Of a stretch of 64,000 bases of DNA, positions 10,697 to 20,566 are shown piece by piece. Source of the DNA: Candidatus Latescibacterota bacterium (GTDB lineage: Bacteria; Latescibacterota; UBA2968; UBA8231); the NCBI GenBank assembly GCA_965223905.1, contig CBDCXV010000001.1, forward strand, positions 1,568,001 to 1,632,000, read 5' to 3'. Position numbers and translations under genes: made by a program. How positions within the stretch are numbered: position 1 is the stretch's first letter; every line of letters begins with the position of its first letter. The notes beneath the pieces are model-generated. The model did no database searches and was not told where the DNA came from. It saw only the letters and a program-made list of their open reading frames with translations.

Positions 10697-11070
10697 GCGC
10701 ACGATTCCGGGCTCATTTCGCACGTTTCTGCGGAGGAAACCTCGATCTCAAACCTGCGGGTCATCTGCCACAAGCTGCCGGGTGCGCTCATCAAGGGCTC
10801 GGATCGCTCCCTGGATCGCATCGACCTCCCGCTCCTCGAAGTAGGGCTCACCGCATTGGCCGCAAACCCAGGCCGGGACGCCATCAAAGGCCAGGTGGTA
10901 GCCGTTCCGGTCAACACGGAACGGGGCCGTCAAGCGGTTCATTGCCGCGCGACAGTGGATGCACTCCATGAATCAATTGGTCCTCGTCCGCGTGCATTGA
11001 TCTTGCTCGCACCGGAACAGGGAACAAGCAAGCGGTAATTGTGCGCACGTTTCCGGGCTCATTTCGCACG
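10697..11070. repeat. 28-bp direct repeat (10697-10724 and 11043-11070) flanking the YgiT gene
   Basis: GCGCACG(A/T)TTCCGGGCTCATTTCGCACG, 27/28 identical. The 11043-11070 copy contains the stop of the HTH-coding frame (RAK*). Confidence 0.85.
10748..10969 (-). CDS. YgiT-type (MqsA-like) zinc finger protein
   Basis: MECIHC...VPAWVCGQCGEPYF, 73 aa. Confidence 0.88.
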   Translation of the reverse strand: MECIHCRAAMNRLTAPFRVDRNGYHLAFDGVPAWVCGQCGEPYFEEREVDAIQGAIRALDERTRQLVADDPQV

Positions 11071-12211
11071 ATTTCCGGGCACGTCGAAGGACGCCTCGGG
11101 GAGATAGTGGACGCCCCTGCCCTTTCCCTCCATACGCAGGAGACCGCTCTCGACGAGTCGCCGCAGCTCGCGGGCGGCGGTATAGCGGCTGACCTCGAAG
11201 ATCTTGCGGTAGTCGGCGTTGGTCAGGCTCGGGTGCCGGAGGAAGTGCTCGCGCAGGCGGGCAAGACGCGAGGTGGCGAATTGGGCGGTCCCGGGGATTG
11301 CATCCAGCGGCCCAGCCAACCGGCTCGTTGTAGAGACGGACGGAGAACACGCCGTCCTCCATCTCGACCTCCGGCTCCCGCAGGGAGCTCGCCGCCATCT
11401 CTTCGAAGATCCGCGCGACGCCCTCTCCTTCGCGCATGACCCCGGCATCGGCCAGCACGCGCACGATGAGCGGATTGCGAGTGGCGTGGGCAGGAAGGCG
11501 CTCCCGAAGCCTGGCGAGGGTCACCGGGGGGAGGAGGTCTCCAGGGCTCGACACCTCCATTCCGTCTTCATAGAACCAGGCTTCCACTTCGCGGCCCTGA
11601 TACTCGTAGTCCCGGTGAGCGAAGGCATTGACGATCGCCTCCTGCCACGCGAAGTCGGGATATTCGGGCACCTCTTCGAAATAGAGGCCGTTGAGCTTTT
11701 CGGAGCGGCGAACCTGCTGCCCGGCGAGCCGGTGGGCTTCGGCGATTGCGCTCGCGAGCGGCGGGTCGGCGCGGCCGGTCCGCGTCACGTTTCTTCGCCG
11801 GCCATGCTGGCGGCTCGTCCCGGCGATCCGAAACAGCCGCAGTCCGGCGCGCGGATGCCACCGGAGCGCGGGGGCCCTGGCGAACAGCAGGAGCGCGGCG
11901 TTCGTGACCCGCCACTCCTGCGCGGCCTGCTCGATCAGGCCGTAGTAGCTGAGTGCTTCCGTGACCGGGCGCGCTCCGAATGGGGTCCGGGCCAAGAATT
12001 CCCGGGCAAGCTCCAGGTCGAGGTCGTCCAGGGTCGCGTCCGCGCGGAAGCGTTGCTCGTAACCGACCCGGCGGTAGACTTGCTTGCGTTCGTTGATGAC
12101 TTCCTGCGGCTCTCGCGTCACGTGGTCGCCGCCTCTCGACAGCAGATGTCCGATTGCGTGCAGGTCGTCCTTGCCCTCCACCCACAGAATGGAGGTTTCC
12201 GGCTGAGGCAT
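11059..12211 (-). pseudogene. Chimera of a DUF3226/TOPRIM-like N-terminus and a HATPase_c_4-wHTH protein, frameshifted near 11320
   Basis: Begins ILWVEGKDDLHAI, then switches to EAIVNAFAHRDY/SSPG. The C-terminal wHTH (LTNADYRKIFEVSRYTAARELRRLV..GKGRGVHY) lies in another frame ending at 11059. Confidence 0.72.
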
Positions 12212-13305
12212 CAGCGAACCTCGATCTCCTGCTCCACGGCGATCCCGATCTGCTCGCCCCGTAGAGGCACGGCATGATCGAGGTCAGCATGCACCTTTTG
12301 CAGGGAGACCTTCTCCGCAAGGCCGGGTCGAGACCTGACCAGTGTTCCGAGTCCGCGAATGCAGTCATGGCTGTGCGTCGTTGCGAATATCTGCACGTTG
12401 CATCTGTCCGCCACCTCAACGAGGAGCCGCCATACATCCTCGATAACAGTCCAGTGCAGGCCGGCGTCGATCTCGTCGATCAGCAGGTATCCGTCCGTCG
12501 CCGAGACCAGGGCCAGCCGCAAAGCCAGCAGGCGGCGCAGGCCATCGCCGTAACTGCCGATCGGCATCCGGCGTCCTCCGCCTCGAAGCCCGACCAGGAT
12601 CCCCCCGGGGCCGGGTCTGCCAGTCAGAAAGTGAATTGAGTCGATTTCCGGCACGAGAAGCCGCATGTCTTTCGCGATTTCATCTTCTAGGCCGTCAGCA
12701 AGAACCTTGTCCCATGCGTCTCCCATACGCTCGGATGCAAAGGACTCCAGCCCGAGAAAGCGAACCGGGGACAAGGAGACGCCATTGCGCCAAGATGATC
12801 TCCGCCAGAAGTCATGCAGGATCGTCCCGTCTTCGGCCATCGGTAGAGCGATGGCCTCCTCCTCTGCGCCGGGCGCAATGCGCAGGCCGAAGGCGGGCTC
12901 GGTTTCTTCGTCCTCATCGAGTTCCCGCCGCCGCTCACGATTCCTTCCGGTCTCCCATAGATCGGCGTCTTCTCCCACTTCATCGAGGGACAGTATCGTC
13001 GTAGACAATTCGCGACCATCGTCGGAAGACAACTCGAAAGAGGCGCCGGGTTCGCAAGTGTGGCCGAAGAACAAGTGGGAGGCGTTCACTTCATGCCGTC
13101 GCCGATAGGAGATCCCTTCGTCATGGCGCTGGGCGACCTCGGAGAAAACAGAAAGGTGGCCGTTGGAAACGAGGAGCTCGACCGCTTCGAGAAGGGACGT
13201 CTTGCCGCAGTTGTTCTTGCCGACGAGAAGGTTCACGGTTGCCAGTTCGGCCAACTCGTAGGATTCGAAGGCGCGGAATCCACGCAGCGCGAGGGATTTC
13301 AGCAT
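12211..13305 (-). CDS. ABC-type AAA_15/AAA_21 ATPase
   Basis: GKNNCGKTS Walker A, YGDG signature, LLIDEID Walker B, TTHS H-loop. Confidence 0.9.
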   Translation of the reverse strand: MLKSLALRGFRAFESYELAELATVNLLVGKNNCGKTSLLEAVELLVSNGHLSVFSEVAQRHDEGISYRRRHEVNASHLFFGHTCEPGASFELSSDDGRELSTTILSLDEVGEDADLWETGRNRERRRELDEDEETEPAFGLRIAPGAEEEAIALPMAEDGTILHDFWRRSSWRNGVSLSPVRFLGLESFASERMGDAWDKVLADGLEDEIAKDMRLLVPEIDSIHFLTGRPGPGGILVGLRGGGRRMPIGSYGDGLRRLLALRLALVSATDGYLLIDEIDAGLHWTVIEDVWRLLVEVADRCNVQIFATTHSHDCIRGLGTLVRSRPGLAEKVSLQKVHADLDHAVPLRGEQIGIAVEQEIEVR

Positions 13306-13417
13306 CCTGGTGCTACCTCGTTTCGGATCACGCAGGATCCGGGAGAGTCGACCCTCATGTTGAGGACTCCCCAAGGGTACCGGGGGGGCCGCGCCTCGAT
13401 CAAGACGCTGAAGGTCC

Positions 13418-16400
13418 TCAGAGACACGGGTTCGCTTCGTCTCTGGCGCGCTGCTTGTGCGCCATGGTCAGATGCAGGTCGTTGACCCGGTCGCCGGTGA
13501 ACTCGCCGTTGCGCCAGAACCAGGGGAACTCCCCCCTTGGACGCAGCTCCTCGTCGGCGTCCGGGTCCCAGACATCGTCTTCGAGCCAAGGAGGCTTCGA
13601 CCGTTTGCCGCGAGTCAGAGGTTCTTTGCCGCGGTCCTTGCGCCAGTGAAGGTTCGGCTTGGAGCGCAGGATACCCGCACCCCTCTTGCCGCCGGGGAGG
13701 TCCTCCGCAATGAAGGGCCGGATGTTGATACGCACGCCGTCGTTGATGTCCGGCTGCCAGCCGATGGCCTGCTCTTTGAGGGGCTTCCAGCGGACGAAGA
13801 TGTCGAAGGGGGGCTCACCTTCGAGGATGGCGGCAAGACGCTGTTGCAGCTCAAGCGCAGCGAGGAGACGGTCGTCCGCGCCGCCTTCGCCGCGTTTCCT
13901 GCCGTCCTCCTGGCGGGTGATCCAGTCGCCGAGATAGCTGTAGGTCAGAGTTTCGAGAAGCTGGCGGCCCTTGCCTCCGCCCTCTACCAGTTTGTGATAA
14001 TTAACCAGGGCTTGGAAGCCGTCGCGCCGGCCGTCATGGATGTGCCAGACGAAGGGGCGGTGGTGGAACAGCTTGCAGTGGTCGTTGAAGAAACGATTGC
14101 GCAGCCAGTCATCGAGAGTCGCGCTTCCTGCCTCGGCGAGGAGTTTGCTGAGCACGCCGTCGTTCCAGGCGTCGCCGAAGGCGGCTGCCAGCAGTCCGAG
14201 GAGCCGGTCTCCCGCGGGCGGCTCGCCGCGTACGGAAGGGATGCAGACGATGCCGTCCTCGTCGGCGTGGTCAAGCAATTTGTCGCAACGGCGCACCCAT
14301 TCGCGCTGCTCGTCGGCTAGCTCCATGCCGGCATCCTGCTCCGCTGGCCACCGGTAGCCGAGCAGGCGGGTAACCGCGACTTGCAATACAGTGGGGTCGG
14401 TGCGGAGCGGACCATGTGCGGTCCACTTCTTGGTTTCGTCCCAGACAACCGAGCCGCAAGGGTGGCCGTGAAAGATCCATTGGGTGGGATCGTCGGAGTA
14501 GGGGTGGGGAAGGCCGTAAGGAAACCGTTCGGCGGCATTGGTTTGCCAACGGCACGGATCGAATCTCACCTGATTCAGGGTGCCCGGAGTAGTGTTGATT
14601 TTCGCCGTCAGCTTTCGAACTTCCCCGCGAAATTCCTCACTACTACAGAAAGACCAGACCATTGGTAATTGATCTTCAAAATGGCTCTCATTGAAAACAA
14701 GTGGCGCTACCGTGTCACCGAAGATTTCTCCATCGTACAAAGTTGCCGACAAGTTCCCCATTCTCTGAATTGCAACGCCTTTCCTGCCAACTACATATTT
14801 GGGCGGGAAATTGTGGGCTTTAGAATCATGGTGCAAAGTCCCTTTGCCTTGTTCCCAACGGATAAGTCTTGATCTTCCGGTCCAATGTTCGGTAATCTGC
14901 GGGGGAAGTATGAGGGCTTCCCATATAATTTGCCAACGACACGAGATTTCCCAAAAACACACTACGAACCGATTATCATCGCCAGTAACAATACCTTGCC
15001 ATGCTTTGCAACTTTCGGACAGAGATTTACCACACGTTATCTCATCAAAGGATATAATAGAACTTGGATGATCAGCCTGGATTATTTGGCTCGAGCTTTG
15101 TAATGTTCCATCACGCAACGTCGACGCTTTCTCCTCGGCTGTGCAAAACTCTGAAACGTCTAGGCCGTACATCTTGCGGGTTGCCGTAGCCCCGTTGAAC
15201 CGGCCACCCGAACCGTCGAGCGGGCTCCCGCAGCCCAGAGTGAGAAGGATCGCCTTAACGACTTCTCCGCTGATTGTCTCAAAGGCTCCTGGTCCCAGCC
15301 GGGCAAGCAGATGCCAAGTCTCCGTTTCCAGAAGTTTCTCCCGAAGCTTTCGGTAGCTGGCGAGGAACAGCCAGTTCTGCGGCAGTACGAGGCTGACGGT
15401 TCCGCCCTCGGCGCACAGCTCCAGGCAGCGCTCAAGGAACACCGTGGCCAGATCGTTCTTTGCGGCGGGGTATTTCGCCTGGCAGAAGTCGCGCAGCGTC
15501 TTGCCCTGCTTGCCGCGGGCGAGATACGGAACGTTGGTGATCACGAGGTGATAGTTGCCTGCCAGCAACTCCGCGGCGCGCGCCATCCCCTGCGCGGCTA
15601 CGGCCCGTTCCGCCTGCTCGTCGGAGGTCAGCTCCTGTTCGAGGACCGCGGCGAAGAGCGACCGCACCGACTCGTAGTCGTGCTGGAAGAGGTCCCCCTT
15701 CAGCTCGCGCGGGTCGATCAGGGAGCCGCGCTCCGGCGCCTTCCCGAAGAGATCGTGGAGCTCTTCCAGGCTGTTGCGGACCTGCGTCGATAGCAGGTTG
15801 TCATCGACCCCGAAGAGGTTGCGGTCGGCCGGCATCCCGCCGGCCTCCGCGGCCTGCTGCGCCAGCTCGATCCACTGTTCCTTGGTCGCGTTGGGGGCGA
15901 GGCCGGAGCAGGCGAGGCGCATATCCGGCAGGGGACGGTACCCGCCCGCCCCGGGGTACGTCCAGGCGGCGAGAGCGAGGGCGAAGGCCGCCAGCTCGAC
16001 GCAGCGGGGGTCGATCTCGAGTCCGTGCAGGTTATCCCGCAACACCTCGTCGACGGCGTCGCGTACGGAAAGCCCTTCCCGCTCCATGCGCATGGGAACC
16101 ATCATGGAAAGGGCGGCGACCAGGAAGTGTCCCGAGCCGCAGCAGGGGTCGAGAACCTTCAAGTCTCCAAGGTGTTCCGGCCAGCTGTCGAAGGCACCGG
16201 CGGCAGGGCGCCAACTTTCCTGCTCCGCAGTGTCCTCACTTCGCACGAAGCGCAGGAAATCGAGGGGCGCGCCGGGGACCGCCGCCTTCCGGCGCAGAGC
16301 GGCTTCGGTGTCAGCTTCCCGCAGATCGGCTTCGCTCAGGAGGCGTGACGCCCACCACGCTCCGAGGGTGTTGTCGAGCAGGAAGCTCACCATGTAGGGC

Positions 16401-17077
16401 TCAGTGAAGAGTTGCGTCACTGCGGGCAACTCGTCGGCGCCGACCTTGACCTCGGAACGGTTGACCTCGGCTTTCTTCCTCGACTGCCAGAACTGGTAGA
16501 CCCAGCCGAGGGAATCGGTCGCCGCGAACACCTCGGGGGGAAGACCCTCGACAAGCCCTTCCAGCTTCAGCCGGTGTTCCCGCGCCATGCTGACCTCGAA
16601 GGCCGGGTGATCTGGCCGAAATACCTGGGGCAGCATGCCATGGGCGAACCGCGCGGCCATCGTCCACTTGTCGGCGCCCTCCTCCTTGCCCAGCTCCTCG
16701 CACTCTTCCAGCGTGACCGCGACGCCAAGCTCCGGCTCGATGAGCAGTTGGTTCTCGGCGAGGAAGCGGGCGAACAGCATGCCGTGCCAGTGCTCGTACG
16801 CGCATTCGTGCGCCAAGTGCCCGATCTCATGGCTTCCGGAGCGAGGGTCGCGGGAGTCGCCGAGTTGCCGGGCGCGGGCGCGCAGCCGCTTGCGCAGGGC
16901 GCGCTGGGCGGCGCTCATGTGGGCGTACGGTTCCCGGTGGTCAACGGCGAGCGTTTCCAGGGCAACGCGGGCGCCGGTTTCCGCGACGTCTCGTGCATCC
17001 GCGATCGTCCGCTCAAGCTGCTTTCGAAGGTTTGGGGGAAGCGGCTTCACGTGTGCGTCAGCCCTCACGGGGTTCAA
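13418..17077 (-). CDS. pglX: BREX adenine DNA methyltransferase PglX
   Basis: TQLFTEPYMV, motif I VLDPCCGSGHF, motif IV ITNVPY; 1219 aa in BREX context. Confidence 0.92.
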   Translation of the reverse strand: MNPVRADAHVKPLPPNLRKQLERTIADARDVAETGARVALETLAVDHREPYAHMSAAQRALRKRLRARARQLGDSRDPRSGSHEIGHLAHECAYEHWHGMLFARFLAENQLLIEPELGVAVTLEECEELGKEEGADKWTMAARFAHGMLPQVFRPDHPAFEVSMAREHRLKLEGLVEGLPPEVFAATDSLGWVYQFWQSRKKAEVNRSEVKVGADELPAVTQLFTEPYMVSFLLDNTLGAWWASRLLSEADLREADTEAALRRKAAVPGAPLDFLRFVRSEDTAEQESWRPAAGAFDSWPEHLGDLKVLDPCCGSGHFLVAALSMMVPMRMEREGLSVRDAVDEVLRDNLHGLEIDPRCVELAAFALALAAWTYPGAGGYRPLPDMRLACSGLAPNATKEQWIELAQQAAEAGGMPADRNLFGVDDNLLSTQVRNSLEELHDLFGKAPERGSLIDPRELKGDLFQHDYESVRSLFAAVLEQELTSDEQAERAVAAQGMARAAELLAGNYHLVITNVPYLARGKQGKTLRDFCQAKYPAAKNDLATVFLERCLELCAEGGTVSLVLPQNWLFLASYRKLREKLLETETWHLLARLGPGAFETISGEVVKAILLTLGCGSPLDGSGGRFNGATATRKMYGLDVSEFCTAEEKASTLRDGTLQSSSQIIQADHPSSIISFDEITCGKSLSESCKAWQGIVTGDDNRFVVCFWEISCRWQIIWEALILPPQITEHWTGRSRLIRWEQGKGTLHHDSKAHNFPPKYVVGRKGVAIQRMGNLSATLYDGEIFGDTVAPLVFNESHFEDQLPMVWSFCSSEEFRGEVRKLTAKINTTPGTLNQVRFDPCRWQTNAAERFPYGLPHPYSDDPTQWIFHGHPCGSVVWDETKKWTAHGPLRTDPTVLQVAVTRLLGYRWPAEQDAGMELADEQREWVRRCDKLLDHADEDGIVCIPSVRGEPPAGDRLLGLLAAAFGDAWNDGVLSKLLAEAGSATLDDWLRNRFFNDHCKLFHHRPFVWHIHDGRRDGFQALVNYHKLVEGGGKGRQLLETLTYSYLGDWITRQEDGRKRGEGGADDRLLAALELQQRLAAILEGEPPFDIFVRWKPLKEQAIGWQPDINDGVRINIRPFIAEDLPGGKRGAGILRSKPNLHWRKDRGKEPLTRGKRSKPPWLEDDVWDPDADEELRPRGEFPWFWRNGEFTGDRVNDLHLTMAHKQRARDEANPCL

Positions 17078-17151
17078 CTTGGGTCACGCGGTTCATCGCT
17101 TGCTCCACCTGTTGCGCGCTCGCTCATGGTACCCGCCGCCGTTTCCGGCCT

Positions 17152-18744
17152 TCACATGCCCCACACAGTGATCTTCGCATTCCCCATGCCCTCCTCGCGA
17201 CGAAACAGCTTTTCATCCCACGACTTGCCGGCAGTGCGGTCAAAGACGATGAGGTGGCCTTCTGCCGCGTCGCAGCGATCCATGTAGGCGCGCGTCTGGT
17301 CGAGACCCGCGCGCACGGTCTCTTCCAGGCCCCTGTAAAGCAATTTGCATTCGACCACCGCCTTCTGAACCGCTTGATCCGGTTGGCCATCGCTTGGTGC
17401 CGGCCACAAGATCAACAGGTCGGTACGCATCCGACCCAGGCCATACTCGCGTTCGATCCGGCCGCCGCTGTTGACGATGCGCTGGAGAAACGCCTGCAAC
17501 AGCAACTGCGGACCGGCCTCCTTGTATTGGAACCGCTCGACCCAGTGTTCCGAATGTTCGCGGAAGAATTCCTGAAACGCGGCCAGGAGATCGTCGAGAC
17601 GCAAGCGGCCATCTGCATCGACATACCAGGCCGGGTCTTGAACGAGGTATTCCTGCGTGGTATAGGTCAGGTCTCGGGGAATGACCTCCTGATAGATCGG
17701 ATTGGCGATGGCGACAGGGCGTTGACGGCTCACAAGGCCCAGATCGCGCGCATATTCCAGATCGTCCTGGGGAATCGCCTCATCCGCTGCAGCACCGCTC
17801 AACAGGGGTTCAACCACGCGCCGCACCCGCTCCTCCTGTAATTTGTCGGTCAGTTGGTCGAGGTGGGTCTCGCGGCGCAGGATGAGTTGCTCTCTGGCGT
17901 CGCATATTGCGTTGGCCGTGATGGGTTGGTTGCGATCTCGCCCGGCCTTGTTATCAAAACAAGCTTCGTAAGCCAGGGCGTTGACGAGCCAGGGCTGGCC
18001 CTGGGTCAGTTCCCAAACCTTGTTCTGCGCATCTTCGGAAAAGACCTGTCCTGTCGCCTCGGTGTGTTGCGCCAGGAGCGTATGCACTTCGTCCGGTGTG
18101 AAATCGTCTAGGCGCAGGGACTTGGCGCGAATGTTGAACGCGCTGCCACCGGCAATCATCGCGTTTTCTGCGGTGGATCGGATGCGGTAATCGCGCACGT
18201 CGCGCACGCCGCACAGGATGACGGTCTGCGGGTAGTGGCGCGGGCGGGCGGGATAGCCCGCCCTGAGTTGGCGCAACACCGACAGCAGAGAATCGCCGAT
18301 CAAGGAATCGATCTCATCGACAAGCAGCACCAGCGGTCTCGGATCGGCCTGTGTCCAGCGCGTCAAGGCCTCGCGCAACGCTCCCGCACCGAACTCGGCG
18401 AGGATGCCAGACCAGGTCTTGGTCAAGAATTCGTCGTCCAGCGTCAACCGCGCCCACGAAGCCAAATCGCCTAAAATGACCTGCATCGCCCGTTCCACGT
18501 CTTCGCGCATGGCCTGGGCACCCTCGATATTGACGTACACACATCGGTAATTGCCCTCGGCATTGAGCAGGTCGCGCAGTGCCAGCAGGGCAGAGGTCTT
18601 GCCCGTCTGCCGGGGCGCGTGCAGGACAAAGTACCTCTGCTGCTCGATCAGCATCAGCACCTCGTCCAGGTCAATCCGTTCCAATGGCGGGACATGGTAG
18701 TGAATATCCGGCTTGATGGGACCGGCCGTGTTGAAGAAACGCAT
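17152..18744 (-). CDS. AAA-like ATPase with C-terminal PD-(D/E)XK-like domain
   Basis: MRFFNTAGP start, APRQTGKTS, LLVDEID, C-terminal RTDLLI..VVECK; paralog at 57012. Confidence 0.85.
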   Translation of the reverse strand: MRFFNTAGPIKPDIHYHVPPLERIDLDEVLMLIEQQRYFVLHAPRQTGKTSALLALRDLLNAEGNYRCVYVNIEGAQAMREDVERAMQVILGDLASWARLTLDDEFLTKTWSGILAEFGAGALREALTRWTQADPRPLVLLVDEIDSLIGDSLLSVLRQLRAGYPARPRHYPQTVILCGVRDVRDYRIRSTAENAMIAGGSAFNIRAKSLRLDDFTPDEVHTLLAQHTEATGQVFSEDAQNKVWELTQGQPWLVNALAYEACFDNKAGRDRNQPITANAICDAREQLILRRETHLDQLTDKLQEERVRRVVEPLLSGAAADEAIPQDDLEYARDLGLVSRQRPVAIANPIYQEVIPRDLTYTTQEYLVQDPAWYVDADGRLRLDDLLAAFQEFFREHSEHWVERFQYKEAGPQLLLQAFLQRIVNSGGRIEREYGLGRMRTDLLILWPAPSDGQPDQAVQKAVVECKLLYRGLEETVRAGLDQTRAYMDRCDAAEGHLIVFDRTAGKSWDEKLFRREEGMGNAKITVWGM

Positions 18745-18779
18745 GCCTCCGTATCCTTTCCCTCCCATTGTGACCGTCG

Positions 18780-19385
18780 TTACGAGGTCTTGTTTAGCAG
18801 CGTGTTGATGAACCGCTTGGCTTGCGGCGAGGCGCCTGTCACCTTGTCAGGATCCAGCTCAGCAAGGATTCCGAACGAGTGGCTGCCTTTGTCGTATTGA
18901 CCCTTCTTGCACTGCCGGGTTGCCGCCTTCAGGCCGGCTTCGATGTCACTCTTCGAAATGGCTTCTACCTCCAGTCGGCCCGGCAGCGATTTCATGTTGA
19001 AGTCGTCTCCAAAATACCCCGCCAGTGCCTCCTTGTCGGCGAGGAACCAGGCTTCCATGCACTGAACCATCAGATGGGCGTTTTCGTCCATGGCGCCGGC
19101 GGGCTTGTCCCAATTGTCGCGGTTCTCCAAGTGCAGCCAAGGTCCGGTTTTCTGGGCAACTGGGGCTTCGCTGTCGACAAGAAGGACGATAAAGTTGTTA
19201 TCCGTGGCTTTGGTCAACGCTGAACGGAACTTGTCGAAGGTTATTTCCCTGCTTCCACAGGCGATGACGTTCGGCATCCGGCCTTCCAAATGTGCCTTCT
19301 GGAAAAAAGATCTAAATCCCTGGCGGCACCTTGCCTTGAGCTCCCCTCTGTCTCCACCCCCTTCTACATAAATCCTGACGTTCAC
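18780..19385 (-). CDS. DUF4276-family TOPRIM-like protein
   Basis: IYVEGGG, LLVDSE and MVQCMEAWFLAD motifs; GTGA overlap with the upstream ATPase. Confidence 0.85.
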   Translation of the reverse strand: MNVRIYVEGGGDRGELKARCRQGFRSFFQKAHLEGRMPNVIACGSREITFDKFRSALTKATDNNFIVLLVDSEAPVAQKTGPWLHLENRDNWDKPAGAMDENAHLMVQCMEAWFLADKEALAGYFGDDFNMKSLPGRLEVEAISKSDIEAGLKAATRQCKKGQYDKGSHSFGILAELDPDKVTGASPQAKRFINTLLNKTS

Positions 19386-20554
19386 CACCGATTCCCTCCC
19401 AATTCCCCGGAGGTCCACAAGTCTCCGAGACGGTACTTATCCAGCCAGTGGGCAAGGTCGTCTTTGTCCAGACGCTTCATCGTCGTTTGTCCCTCATGTT
19501 TCTCGCACACGACAATGCTTTCCGGAGTTTCGGTAAGTGCGTCGACGAGAACATCAGAATGGGTGGTGACAATCAACTGGCAGCGCTCCGATGCTTCGCG
19601 CAGAAGGTCTGCGAGGCCTGGGAGGATGTCGGGATGGAGGCCCAGTTCGGGTTCCTCGATGCAAACCAGGGGCGGTGGGTTCGGGTGGCAAAGAATGACC
19701 AGCAGGCAGAGGTATCGAAGGGTACCATCGGACAAACGTGTCGCCGGGACCGCGACCTTCCCCTCTTGGAGAAAAACCTGGACCGTGCCGTACTCGATGT
19801 TGACGTGGAAATCGGATACACCCTCGTAAAGGTCCCGCAGGGCCTTGAGGAGGCGCTGTTTGACCTCGAACTCTCGCATCAGACGGTTCAGTACCAATCC
19901 CAGGTTCTGCAAGCTCTCAAGAAGAAAGTTGTTAGGTAGATCTGGCTTCTGGGGTAGGCGGACCGGAGTGATCCTGCCGAGAGACCACTCTCGATAGAGA
20001 TGTATCCGGTCAAATTCGTTGCCGATATAAGTTATCTCAGGGTAGCTGTTTGGATCTTTCAGCTTCGACAGAACGGACTTGCCATCGTGGCCCAGTTCCC
20101 ACTGCTTGGGTCCGTTTCCGTCGCCCGACGCCAGATCGTTGATCGTGGCCCCCATTTCGTCAGCTTCAAAGCAGACCCGTGGATCGTCCCCTTCAGGGCA
20201 GGTTCCTTCCTCCTCAAGCCGTTCACCGGCCATCCAGAAATTGTGGTTGCGTTGGGCGAATTCGAACCCGTAACGAAGGGGTAGTCGCCCTTGAGGACTA
20301 TCTACAGTGACCTCGACACGCGCAGACATGGCCTCGGGTTCCCCTCGCCAGATCCAGTCAGCGACACCCCCTCCCTCCAGTATCGGTTCCCGTATATCGC
20401 GAGGCGCGGCCTTCAACAGTCCCAATACCTCCATGAAATTCGACTTTCCCGAGCCGTTCGGACCGATCAATACATTTAGGGGCTTTAGTTCCAGCTCCAG
20501 TCCTTTCGGACCGAACGAAAGAATGTTCTTAAGCCTGATTCGGTGAATAAACAT
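19382..20554 (-). CDS. AAA_21/SMC-like ABC ATPase
   Basis: GPNGSGKSN, LSDGT, IEEPELGLHP and TTHS motifs. Confidence 0.92.
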   Translation of the reverse strand: MFIHRIRLKNILSFGPKGLELELKPLNVLIGPNGSGKSNFMEVLGLLKAAPRDIREPILEGGGVADWIWRGEPEAMSARVEVTVDSPQGRLPLRYGFEFAQRNHNFWMAGERLEEEGTCPEGDDPRVCFEADEMGATINDLASGDGNGPKQWELGHDGKSVLSKLKDPNSYPEITYIGNEFDRIHLYREWSLGRITPVRLPQKPDLPNNFLLESLQNLGLVLNRLMREFEVKQRLLKALRDLYEGVSDFHVNIEYGTVQVFLQEGKVAVPATRLSDGTLRYLCLLVILCHPNPPPLVCIEEPELGLHPDILPGLADLLREASERCQLIVTTHSDVLVDALTETPESIVVCEKHEGQTTMKRLDKDDLAHWLDKYRLGDLWTSGELGGNRW

Positions 20555-20566
20555 CGCCTGTCTCCT

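Noticed and set aside
17095-17120. Possible third brxC tail relic (QQVEQ) before pglX
   Set aside because: Only 13/17 nt identical; too weak to call.
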